Notes under the pieces: model-generated
Database searches by the model: none
What the model saw: the letters and a program-made list of their open reading frames with translations, nothing else
Told to the model about the DNA's origin: nothing
Program-made: the position numbers and the translations under genes
Source of the DNA: Candidatus Tenderia sp.
Lineage (GTDB): Bacteria > Pseudomonadota > Gammaproteobacteria > Tenderiales > Tenderiaceae
NCBI GenBank assembly: GCA_030148045.1
Contig: JASBUE010000169.1
Location: 1-34,668 of the forward strand
Direction: 5' to 3'
DNA: 34,668 nt
Shown here: positions 9,035 to 20,592 of the stretch, in pieces
Layout: each line of letters opens with the position of its first letter
Position numbering within the stretch: the first letter of the stretch is position 1

Positions 9035-10417
9035 TCAACACTCGGTGATGCTGACCGCCAAACCGCCCAGCGAAGTCTCTTTGTATTTCTCCGACATCTC
9101 CATGCCGGTCTGTTTCATGGCGGCGATACAATTATCCAGCGGCATGAAATGTTGGCCGGTGCCATGTAATGCCAGAGAGGCGGCGGTATAGGCCTTGATG
9201 GCGCCGAAGCCGTTACGTTCGATACAGGGCACCTGCACCAGCCCGTTGACCGGATCGCAGGTCATCCCAAGGTGATGTTCCAGCGCGATCTCTGCCGCAT
9301 TCTCGATCTGCTGCGCCGTGCCACCGCGCGCCGCGCACAGCCCCGCCGCGGCCATGGCGGCGGCCGAGCCCACCTCGCCCTGGCAACCAACCTCGGCGCC
9401 GGAAATGGAACTACGATGCTTGATGATGCCGCCGATGGCCGCGGCGGTGAGCAAAAACTCGCGCACCTGCGCCGCACTACCACCCTCGTGCTCGCTTAAG
9501 TAATACAACACCGCCGGGATGACGCCGGCGGCGCCGTTGGTGGGCGCGGTCACCACCATGTGACCAGCGGCATTCTCCTCGTTTACCGCCATGGCGTAGG
9601 CACAAAGCCAATCATTGAGGGCGGCCTTGTCCGGCTGACGCCGGAGTTGATCGTATAACTGCTTGGCGCGACGCGGCAGATTGAGGCCGCCGGGCAGGGC
9701 ACCCTCGGCGGCCAGCCCCAACTCGATGCAGCGCCGCATTGCCACCCAGATATCGTCCATCCCCCCGTCCAATGCTTGCGCCGTCATGTGCTCCAATTCG
9801 TTGACCCGTTTCATGGCGGCGATGGACAGACCGCTGTCCGCACTCATCTGCAGCATGGAGTGGGCCGAATCGAAGGGATAGGGACAACCCACCGCCGGGG
9901 CCATCTTCAAGGGGGCCACCAGCTGCTCGATCTCCGCCAGGGTGCTGACAAAACCACCACCGATGGAAAAGTAGGTCGCCTGCAACAACACCTCATCGCC
10001 GGCCGCGTAGATCAAGGCGAAAACCATGCCGTTGGGATGTTGCGGCAGCGCCGCGCCCCGGTCGAACACGACATCGTCGGGCGCAGAGAAACGGATGGGG
10101 CGGGGCGACTCCAGTGGTAGTACATCGGCAGCCCAAACGCGCTCGAGCAGCGCATCCACATCCTGTCCCGCCACGCCCTTGGGGGAATGCCCGTGCAGCC
10201 CCAAGGCCACGGCGCGGTCGGTGCCGTGACCCTTGCCGGTATAGGCCAGTGAGCCTTTGAGGGTGCAGCGTATTCCAAGCGCTGCAGACACCCCGGCCTG
10301 GGCCACATGACGTTGTACTCGCACGGCAAAATCCGCGGCGGCGATCATGGGACCCATGGTATGGGAACTGGACGGTCCGATGCCGATCTTGAAAAGGTCG
10401 AGAATACTGATAAACAT
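9035..10417 (-). CDS. sdaA: L-serine ammonia-lyase (iron-sulfur dependent, single chain)
   Basis: The N-terminus MFISILDLFKIGIGPSSSHTMGPM is diagnostic; 460 aa; C-terminal GLVQVPCIERN. Confidence 0.9.
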   Translation of the reverse strand: MFISILDLFKIGIGPSSSHTMGPMIAAADFAVRVQRHVAQAGVSAALGIRCTLKGSLAYTGKGHGTDRAVALGLHGHSPKGVAGQDVDALLERVWAADVLPLESPRPIRFSAPDDVVFDRGAALPQHPNGMVFALIYAAGDEVLLQATYFSIGGGFVSTLAEIEQLVAPLKMAPAVGCPYPFDSAHSMLQMSADSGLSIAAMKRVNELEHMTAQALDGGMDDIWVAMRRCIELGLAAEGALPGGLNLPRRAKQLYDQLRRQPDKAALNDWLCAYAMAVNEENAAGHMVVTAPTNGAAGVIPAVLYYLSEHEGGSAAQVREFLLTAAAIGGIIKHRSSISGAEVGCQGEVGSAAAMAAAGLCAARGGTAQQIENAAEIALEHHLGMTCDPVNGLVQVPCIERNGFGAIKAYTAASLALHGTGQHFMPLDNCIAAMKQTGMEMSEKYKETSLGGLAVSITEC

Positions 10418-10460
10418 GGCGCTTCCCCTACCCGGACGGGCTGACAGTTAAACCGAAACG

Positions 10461-11484
10461 CTACACCGCCCTGCGCACCCCTTGATGCAGCTGTATTCCC
10501 CCCAGCCACAAACTCAGCTCCAGCAATTCGTCCCACACATTCCCCGCGCGGCCGCCCTTGATCATGGCGTCGATCTCGGCGCAGCGGTCGAGCATGGCCT
10601 GCCAGTGGGCCGGGGAATGGCGCTTGAGGCCGACGCGCACCAGCGGTTTGCGTTTCTCCCAGACGCGGTGCTTGGCCAGCACCTGTTCGCCGCGGGCGCC
10701 CTGGGACAGCTCGAAGGCCATGCCGGCCATGGCGCGGATTTCACGGCTCAGGGCCCACAGCACCAGCACCGGCTCCACCCCTTCGCCCTTGAGACCGTTG
10801 ACGATGCGGGTGGTGCGCACGGCATCACCCTGCAGGGCGCCGTCCACCAGTTTATAGATATCGAAGCGCGAGCTGTCAGCAACGCTGGCGGCGACCCGGT
10901 CCACGTCCACCGGACCGGTGCCGTGCAACAGGCGTAGTTTTTCGATCTCCTGGGCACAGGCGAGCAGATTGCCTTCCACCCGCTCCACCAGCAGGGCCAC
11001 CGCCTCCCGGCTCGGCTGCAAGCCCTTCTCCTTCATGCGCCGCATGGCCCAGCCGGGCAGTTGTTTCAGGTCCATGGGCCAAACGGTGACCACGGCACCG
11101 GCCTTGTCCAGCGTCTTGTACCACTTGCTGCTGCGGGCGCTACCCTCCAGCTTACCGGAAATGACGAGCAGGATGTTGTCTTCGGAGAGACGCTCGGCAT
11201 AGGCCTGCAGCGCCTTGCTGCCGGCATCGCCCGGCTTGCCGGTGGGCAGGCGCAGTTCGATCAGCTTGCGATCGGCGAACAGGGACATGGCGTCGCCGGA
11301 TTGCAGGAATCCTTGCCAGTCGAAGCCGCCTTCCACGTGATGCACTTCGCGCTCGCTGCAACCGGCCTGGCGCGCGGCGGCGCGGATGGCATCGCAGGCC
11401 TCCTGCACCAGCAGCGCTTCGTCGCCGCTGACGAAGTAGATGGGTGCCAGCCCTTGTTTCAGCTGGGCATTCAACTGCTCCGGT

Positions 11485-11495
<11 letters not shown>
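10461..11495 (-). CDS. holA: DNA polymerase III subunit delta
   Basis: MQIKPEQLNAQLKQGLAPIYFVSGDEALLVQEA... is a typical HolA N-terminus, about 344 aa, in leuS-lptE-holA synteny. The start was moved to the ATG at 11495. Confidence 0.85.
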
Positions 11496-14638
<3,143 letters not shown>

Positions 14639-14990
14639 TTATAGTACCGTATGGCGCCCCAGGCTTACACACCCAGTCGCCCGACTGCCCCGTGCGTGCC
14701 CATTAGGCTGATCTTATGCCACTGGAGAACCCTCATTCCCGGCGACACACGAAGATCGATTAAAGTCTCGACCACCACGGTCCTCCTCAAAAAAGCCCCA
14801 TCCTTACCCCTGAATTTACCGTTTTAGTCGCCGCCTTGCGTCGTGAAAAACCTCTTCCGGAATTCATTGCCACAGCAACCGGCCGTGAACTTCGAACACA
14901 CGGCATTTTCTAAAGTATTTGTCTCTCAAGTCCCGGCGAGCAAGCGCTATGCCCGGGCATCTTGTCACCACTGATAAGGACGCCTTCACT

Positions 14991-15488
14991 ATGAACAACC
15001 CCACCAATTCAACACTTGCCCACAGCGAGTTTCCCATTAAACACAACGACCTGCTGCTCAATTACTTACACTGGACAATCCGGGCCGCCACAAAATTTCT
15101 CGCCATCCTGATGACACTGGTTATTCTCTGGGGGGTCTTCGACGTCATCTACATCGTCTATTCCCAGCTGGCGCACCCGCCCTATTTCCAGATCCGCGAT
15201 ATCATGACCACGTTTGGCGCCTTTCTGGCCGTACTGATCGCCTATGAGATATTCACCAACATCACCCTCTATATCAGGACCGACGTATTTCCCGTCCAAC
15301 TGGTGGTCGCGACGGCGCTCATGGCAGTGGCAAGAAAAGTGATCGCCCTGGACCTGGAAAAGCTAGAACCGCTTTATCTGCTGGGACTCGGTGCAATCGT
15401 CATGTCACTGGGAATCAGCTATTGGCTGATCGTACGGAGCGAAGGAGCGCTCACATCCAAAAATTCAAGACTGGAACACTCCGCCTGA
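14991..15488 (+). CDS. phosphate-starvation-inducible PsiE-family membrane protein
   Basis: Four predicted TM helices. The segment FLAVLIAYEIFTNITLYIRTDVFPVQLVVATALMAVARKVIALD matches the conserved PsiE core (..E......Y.......v......iA..Rk.i.ld). The ATG at 14991 has AAGGA upstream; the track start at 14919 is less likely. Confidence 0.7.
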   Translation: MNNPTNSTLAHSEFPIKHNDLLLNYLHWTIRAATKFLAILMTLVILWGVFDVIYIVYSQLAHPPYFQIRDIMTTFGAFLAVLIAYEIFTNITLYIRTDVFPVQLVVATALMAVARKVIALDLEKLEPLYLLGLGAIVMSLGISYWLIVRSEGALTSKNSRLEHSA

Positions 15489-15575
15489 CACCGCCTCTGC
15501 CTCATGATCGGGCTTGCACTTTTTTGCGCCAAGACCAACACTATCGGAGTAGGAACCATAAAGGAAGGATGCGTC

Positions 15576-16097
15576 ATGAGCGAAGAAAGCCGGCATAACG
15601 AAAATCAGGTTCATGCCTATAACCAGATGATGCGCCGGGTCAAAGAGACCCTGGGCAAGGCGGAAAAGGCCGCCGAACCACGCCTGCGCCAAGCCATCGA
15701 GGCGGCCGAGGAAAAGGCCGTGGAGCTGGGCGAGCTGAGCCGCGAAGAAGCGGTGCAGATCGGCGACTACCTGCGCCGCGACCTGCAGGACGCCGGCGAA
15801 TACCTGGCCGGCGACGAGGCCCAGGAACTGAAGGACTGGCTGCGCATCGATCTCAACCTGATCGAAAACCAGCTCTTCGACATGTTTCTGAGTGTGGCGG
15901 ACCAGGCCAAGCTGGACATGCTCGAATTCCAGGAACAGCTGGCCGAGGCCACCGAATACCGCACCGGCGAGATCACCGGCCCAGGCCTGTTGGCCTGCAT
16001 GGATTGCGGCGAGGAACTACACTTTCACGAGACCGGCCACATTCCACCCTGCCCCAAGTGCCGCGGCACCTATTTCATCCGTCCCTCGGAGGCCTAA
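15576..16097 (+). CDS. DUF1451-type zinc-ribbon-containing protein
   Basis: Acidic coiled-coil N-terminal part (ELGELSREEAVQIGDYLRRDLQDAGEYL...DWLRIDLNLIE) with a C-terminal CxxC...CxxC ribbon (CMDCGEELHFHETGHIPPCPKCRGTYF). The ATG at 15576 is preceded by AAGGAAGGA. Confidence 0.65.
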   Translation: MSEESRHNENQVHAYNQMMRRVKETLGKAEKAAEPRLRQAIEAAEEKAVELGELSREEAVQIGDYLRRDLQDAGEYLAGDEAQELKDWLRIDLNLIENQLFDMFLSVADQAKLDMLEFQEQLAEATEYRTGEITGPGLLACMDCGEELHFHETGHIPPCPKCRGTYFIRPSEA

Positions 16098-16104
16098 GCC
16101 GGGC

Positions 16105-16617
16105 ATGAAGACCCTGCTGCTGTTTCGCCACGCCAAGTCCGACTGGGCCAATGACTTGCCGGACTTTGATCGCCCGCTCAATGCGCGCGGGCAAAAGGCC
16201 GCCGAACGCATGGGGCGATGGATGAAACAGGCCCATATTCAGCCGGAATGGATTGTCAGCTCCCCGGCCCGGCGGGCGCTGGAAACGGTGCAGGGCCTGC
16301 GCCAGCATCTGGACATCCCCGATACCCTGGTCCATTTCGATGAGCGGCTGTACCTGGCCGACGTCGCCGCCCTGCTGGAGGTGGCCGCACGTTGTCCGCA
16401 GGACATGGACGACATCATGCTGATGGGGCACAACCCGGGCATGGATGAGCTGCTCACCTTTCTGTGCGGCCCCAACCTGCCGCGCTCGAAAAAGGGCAAG
16501 CTGATGGCCACCGCCACCCTGGCCCAGGTCAGCCTGCCGGACGACTGGCAACAGCTGACCGCCGAGTGCGGCAAGCTGCAGCAAATCATTCGCCCCGGCG
16601 AGATCGATTTGCGCTAG
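16105..16617 (+). CDS. SixA-like histidine phosphatase family protein
   Basis: MKTLLLFRHAKSDW (RHA catalytic motif), DRPLNARGQ and MLMGHNPGM. It starts 8 nt after the DUF1451 stop; the longer track ORF (15892) is an out-of-frame overlap with the previous gene. Confidence 0.8.
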   Translation: MKTLLLFRHAKSDWANDLPDFDRPLNARGQKAAERMGRWMKQAHIQPEWIVSSPARRALETVQGLRQHLDIPDTLVHFDERLYLADVAALLEVAARCPQDMDDIMLMGHNPGMDELLTFLCGPNLPRSKKGKLMATATLAQVSLPDDWQQLTAECGKLQQIIRPGEIDLR

Positions 16618-16619
16618 CG

Positions 16620-16647
16620 ATTGTCATAATTGTCATAATTTTCATGC
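16620..16647 (+). promoter_or_regulatory. tandem TGTCATAAT repeats (Pho-box-like) upstream of the CHAD-parA-ppx unit
   Basis: aTTGTCATAATTGTCATAATTTTCATgc: two abutting perfect 9-mers (16622-16630, 16631-16639) plus a degenerate third copy, about 12 nt upstream of a TAGACT -10 candidate (16658-16663). Confidence 0.35.
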
Positions 16648-16698
16648 GCTCCGCCTGCTAGACTGCAGTTTTGCAGCAACGCCAGGAGCACAGCACAC

Positions 16699-18234
16699 AT
16701 GCCCTCTTACGGTTATGTCATCCATCCGAAGAGCGGAACCTCAGCGCTGCTCAGCCAGCTTGGCCAAACCCTCGACCTGAGCAAGGAACCACAACAGCGC
16801 TTCAGACGCGACTATCTGGACAGCTTCGACTGGCGCCTGCTCAAGCAGGGCTACTGCCTGCAGGCCGCGCATCACGAGGACGCCGTGCTGCTGCAACTGG
16901 TGCACCTGCGTGATTTGGAACTGGTCACCCAGCTGCACAGCGCCAAGCCGCCCCGCTTTGTCGATGCGCTGGAACCCTCCCGGCTGGCAACGCTGCTCAG
17001 GCCCATGCTCGCTATGCGCGCCCTGCTGCCGCAAATCAGCACCACGGTGACACAACAATGTCTGCACCGGCTCAATGCCCAGGACAAAATCACCGCCACG
17101 CTCTGCGTGGAACGGATCAAACCGCATACTGATCGGCGAGCGCTGAAGCTGTTGCTTCATAACGTCGTCAAAGGTTATGAGGCGGACAACAAACGCGTCA
17201 GCAAGTATCTGCAGGGCGAGCCCTCACTGGAAGCGACACGGCACAGCACTCTGCAGTTGCTGCTCAGCCGCCTGGATATGGACACAAGCTACAACAGCAA
17301 GGCGAATCTCAGGCTCGACGGCGCGGCACGCAGCGACGCGCAGATCAAACGCTTGCTGGCCTTTTTCCTGGAGGTGATGCGACGCAACGAAGACGGTATT
17401 ATCAAGGACATCGACAGCGAATTTTTGCACGACTACCGCATCGCGATCCGGCGCAGCCGCACCCTGCTGGGACAGGTGCCGGGGATCATGCCGCAGCGGA
17501 CCGTGGAGCGCGCCAGGGCCCAACTGTCCAGGCTGGGCCGTATCACCACCCCGTTGCGTGACCTGGATGTAATGCTGCTCAATTTCGATGATTATCGTGA
17601 ATTGCTGCCCGGCACCCTTCAGGCCGATCTCGATCCGGCCCTGACCTTCATACGGGAACAGCGTCAAGGCGCCTATCAAAACCTGCGTCGTCAGTTAGGT
17701 TCAAAAAGCCACGCCCGGTTCCACCGGCGCTGGCGCGATTTTTTGGGCAGCCCGGTGCCGGCCAATACACGGCTGGCCAACGCCAAGCGGCCGCTGCAAC
17801 AGGTGGCCAACCAACGCATTTGGAAAAGCTACAAAAAAGTGCTGAAACAAGGCGGGGCGATCACGGATGCATCGCCGCCGGAGGATCTGCATACCCTGCG
17901 CAAGAGCTGCAAAAAACTGCGTTATCTCATGGAATTTTTTCGCACGCTCTATGCCAGAAAGAAACTCAAGCAGCTCATCGCCATCCTCAAGCGCCTACAG
18001 GACAATCTGGGGGAGTATCAAGACATCCACGTGCATATCGATTTCTTCGCCCACCTACGCCGGGACATGCAGGACCAGGGGCGCCTGCCCGAGGCCACCG
18101 CCGTCGCCCTGGACAAGGTCATCGCCGGCCTCAACATACAACAGCGGACTCAACGCCAGGGGTTTCACCAGCGCTTTGACGAATTCAGCCGCGCCGCCAA
18201 CCGAAAAAGTTTCAAAGCGCTGTTCAAACCATGA
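16699..18234 (+). CDS. CHAD domain-containing protein with CYTH-like N-terminal region
   Basis: The C-terminal half has CHAD signatures FLHDYRIAIRRSRTLLGQ, LHTLRKSCKKLRYLMEFF and LQDNLGEYQDIHV. AGGAG lies 10 nt upstream of the ATG. Confidence 0.85.
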   Translation: MPSYGYVIHPKSGTSALLSQLGQTLDLSKEPQQRFRRDYLDSFDWRLLKQGYCLQAAHHEDAVLLQLVHLRDLELVTQLHSAKPPRFVDALEPSRLATLLRPMLAMRALLPQISTTVTQQCLHRLNAQDKITATLCVERIKPHTDRRALKLLLHNVVKGYEADNKRVSKYLQGEPSLEATRHSTLQLLLSRLDMDTSYNSKANLRLDGAARSDAQIKRLLAFFLEVMRRNEDGIIKDIDSEFLHDYRIAIRRSRTLLGQVPGIMPQRTVERARAQLSRLGRITTPLRDLDVMLLNFDDYRELLPGTLQADLDPALTFIREQRQGAYQNLRRQLGSKSHARFHRRWRDFLGSPVPANTRLANAKRPLQQVANQRIWKSYKKVLKQGGAITDASPPEDLHTLRKSCKKLRYLMEFFRTLYARKKLKQLIAILKRLQDNLGEYQDIHVHIDFFAHLRRDMQDQGRLPEATAVALDKVIAGLNIQQRTQRQGFHQRFDEFSRAANRKSFKALFKP

Positions 18235-18971
18235 AGACCGTCGCCCTCTATAACATCAAGGGCGGCGTGGGCAAGACCGCCAGCGCCGTCAACCTGGCCT
18301 ACCTCAGCGCCCACAGCGGCTACCGCACCCTGTTGTGGGACATGGACCCGCAGGCGGCGGCCAGTTTTTATTTCCGCATCAAGGCCAAGATCAAGGGCGG
18401 CGCGGGCCGTTTGGTCAAGCCCAAGGGCGACCTTGAGGACCATATCAAGGGCACCGACTACGCCCTGCTCGACCTGCTGCCGGCGGACTTCTCCAGCCGC
18501 AACCTGGACCTGCTACTGGAACAGCGCAAACAACCGACCCGGCGCATCGCCAAACTGCTGCAGCCCTTGAGCGACGACTACGATTTGGTGTTCATCGACT
18601 GCGCCCCGAGCATTTCTCTGGTGTCGGAAAATATTTTTCACGCCGCCGACGTGCTGCTGATTCCCACCATTCCCACCACCCTGTCGCTGCGCACGCTGAA
18701 ACAGATCTATGATCACTTCCGCGCTGAAGACCTGCCCACGGACCGCCTGCACCCCTTTTTCTCCATGGTCGACGTGCGGCGCCAGATGCATCGCCTGATC
18801 ATGGAACAGCCACCGGAGAAACTGGCCCTGTTCCTGAAGGCGCCCATCCCCTACATCAGCGAGATCGAACGCATGGGCATGGAGCGCAAACCGGCCTGCA
18901 TCGCGCCGGCCAGCCGTGCCGCCCAGGCCTATAACGCATTGTGGCGGGAGCTTGGCCGAATTGTGTTTTAG
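18231..18971 (+). CDS. orphan ParA/MinD-family P-loop ATPase
   Basis: Deviant Walker A with signature lysine (YNIKGGVGKTASAVNLA), Walker A' LLWDMDPQ and Walker B LVFIDCAPS. 246 aa with no N-terminal HTH extension. The ATG overlaps the CHAD TGA (ATGA at 18231-18234). Confidence 0.85.
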   Translation: MKTVALYNIKGGVGKTASAVNLAYLSAHSGYRTLLWDMDPQAAASFYFRIKAKIKGGAGRLVKPKGDLEDHIKGTDYALLDLLPADFSSRNLDLLLEQRKQPTRRIAKLLQPLSDDYDLVFIDCAPSISLVSENIFHAADVLLIPTIPTTLSLRTLKQIYDHFRAEDLPTDRLHPFFSMVDVRRQMHRLIMEQPPEKLALFLKAPIPYISEIERMGMERKPACIAPASRAAQAYNALWRELGRIVF

Positions 18972-19051
18972 CCGGCGCCGGCCTTGTTTACCTGAAGTCA
19001 AAAAAGTCGGTACACTGCGATCAATGTAATCACAGCGACGCAAGGCCTATC

Positions 19052-20572
19052 GTGCCCAGATCAAGACCGACTCCCGAGACCGCCGCCGCCATCGACCTAG
19101 GCTCCAATAGTTTTCACATGATCGTGGCGCGCATCCAGGACGGCCAGGTGGCGGTGATTGACCGCATCCGCGATGCCATCCGCCTGGCCGGCGGCATCGA
19201 TGCAGACAACAACATCGACGAAGCGACCCAGGAGCAAGCCCTGGAATGCCTGCGCCGCTTCGGCCAACGCCTGGCCGACTTTCCGCCGGGCAGCGTGCGC
19301 GCCGTGGGCACCAACACCCTGCGCAACGCCAATAATTCCTACAGCTTCCTGGCGCGGGCGGAAGAGGCCCTGGGTCATCCCATCGACATCATCTCGGGTG
19401 TGGAAGAGGCGCGCATGATCTATCGCGGTGTCGCCCACAGTCTGGCGGTCACCGATCAGCGCCGCCTGGTGATGGATATCGGCGGCGGCAGTACCGAACT
19501 CATCATCGGCGACGATACCGGCCCGGTGTACATGGAAAGCATGGAGATGGGCTGCGTCACCACCACGCGCAACTTTTTTCCCGACGGCGGCATCACCCCC
19601 AAGCGTATCGAAAAGGCGCGCATCTTCGCCCTGACCGAACTGGAACCGCATGTCAGCGGTTTTCTGAAAGTGGGTTGGGACCAGGCCATCGGTGCCTCGG
19701 GGACCATCCGCTCGGTGAACAGAGTACTCAGCGCCGCGGGCTGGAGCGGCGACACTATCACGCTGGACGGCCTGAAAAAACTGATCGAGAAACTGGGGAC
19801 ATTCGACAGCATCGACAAGATCAAACTGGACGGCCTGACCGATGAGCGCGTGCCCGTGTTTATCGGCGGCGCCATTGTCCTGCTGGCCACCTTCGAGGCC
19901 TTGGGCATCAAAGAGATGGAGGTCTCTGACCGCGCCCTGCGCGAAGGATTGCTGCATGATCTGATCGGCCGCTTGCAGGACCAGGACGTGCGCGACTCCA
20001 GCATCATCCATCTGGCGCAGCGCTACCATGCCGACCCCGGCCAGGCGCAGCGGGTAAAACAAACCGCCCTCGATGCCTTAAACCAGGTTGCCGCCGACTG
20101 GGCGCTGGAGGACGGAGATGCCGCACACTGGCTCGGCTGGGCCGCCGAATTGCACGAGATCGGCCTGGACATCGCCCACAACCGCCATCACCATCATGCC
20201 GCCTATATTATCGAACATTCGGACCTGGCCGGTTTTTCGCAGCAGGAGCAACGCTTCCTCGCCGCCATTGTGCGCAGTCACCGCCGCAAGCTGCCGCTTA
20301 AACTCTATAAGGAACTGCCCAAACGCATCAGCAAGCCGGTCAAACGGCTGTCGGTACTCTTGCGCCTGGCGGTGATTCTGCATCGTGGCCGCAGCGACAT
20401 TGAATTACCGCCATTCACGCTGAACGTCAGCAATAAAACCAGAATCGAACTGTGTCTCGACACCACATGGCTGCAGCAACACCCGCTCACCCAGGCGGAC
20501 CTGGAGCAGGAAAAGGTCTATCTGGCCAATGCGGGATTTGAACTGAGCCTGTACCAAGAAGAACCCAGCTAA
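19052..20572 (+). CDS. ppx: exopolyphosphatase (Ppx/GppA family)
   Basis: AAIDLGSNSFHMIVARI, DIGGGSTELI and a C-terminal HD-like region HHHHAAYII. The GTG at 19052 gives an N-terminus of E. coli-like length and avoids overlap with parA; the alternative GTG at 18941 overlaps parA by 31 nt. Confidence 0.88.
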   Translation: MPRSRPTPETAAAIDLGSNSFHMIVARIQDGQVAVIDRIRDAIRLAGGIDADNNIDEATQEQALECLRRFGQRLADFPPGSVRAVGTNTLRNANNSYSFLARAEEALGHPIDIISGVEEARMIYRGVAHSLAVTDQRRLVMDIGGGSTELIIGDDTGPVYMESMEMGCVTTTRNFFPDGGITPKRIEKARIFALTELEPHVSGFLKVGWDQAIGASGTIRSVNRVLSAAGWSGDTITLDGLKKLIEKLGTFDSIDKIKLDGLTDERVPVFIGGAIVLLATFEALGIKEMEVSDRALREGLLHDLIGRLQDQDVRDSSIIHLAQRYHADPGQAQRVKQTALDALNQVAADWALEDGDAAHWLGWAAELHEIGLDIAHNRHHHHAAYIIEHSDLAGFSQQEQRFLAAIVRSHRRKLPLKLYKELPKRISKPVKRLSVLLRLAVILHRGRSDIELPPFTLNVSNKTRIELCLDTTWLQQHPLTQADLEQEKVYLANAGFELSLYQEEPS

Positions 20573-20592
20573 CTACTTAGGGCCTGTTAACC

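Noticed and set aside
14860-14990. Possible Pho box upstream of the psiE-family gene (CTTGTCACCACTGATAAGG; TTTGTCTCTCAAG).
   Set aside because: Only one TTGTCAC half-site is present, with no second repeat at 11-bp phasing. It lies only 24 nt from the preferred start codon, too close for a -35 replacement.
15892-16104. 5' extensions of several track ORFs: 15892 for the sixA-like gene, 15504 for DUF1451, 14919 for psiE, 99 for DUF484, 4765 for purE, 6678 for rlmH, 8872 for proA, 11555 for holA, 26379 for ybeY, 33157 for cysK and 33109 for the OMP.
   Set aside because: The extensions overlap upstream genes or lack family-like sequence. Internal ATGs with SD-like sequences give N-termini that match the families.
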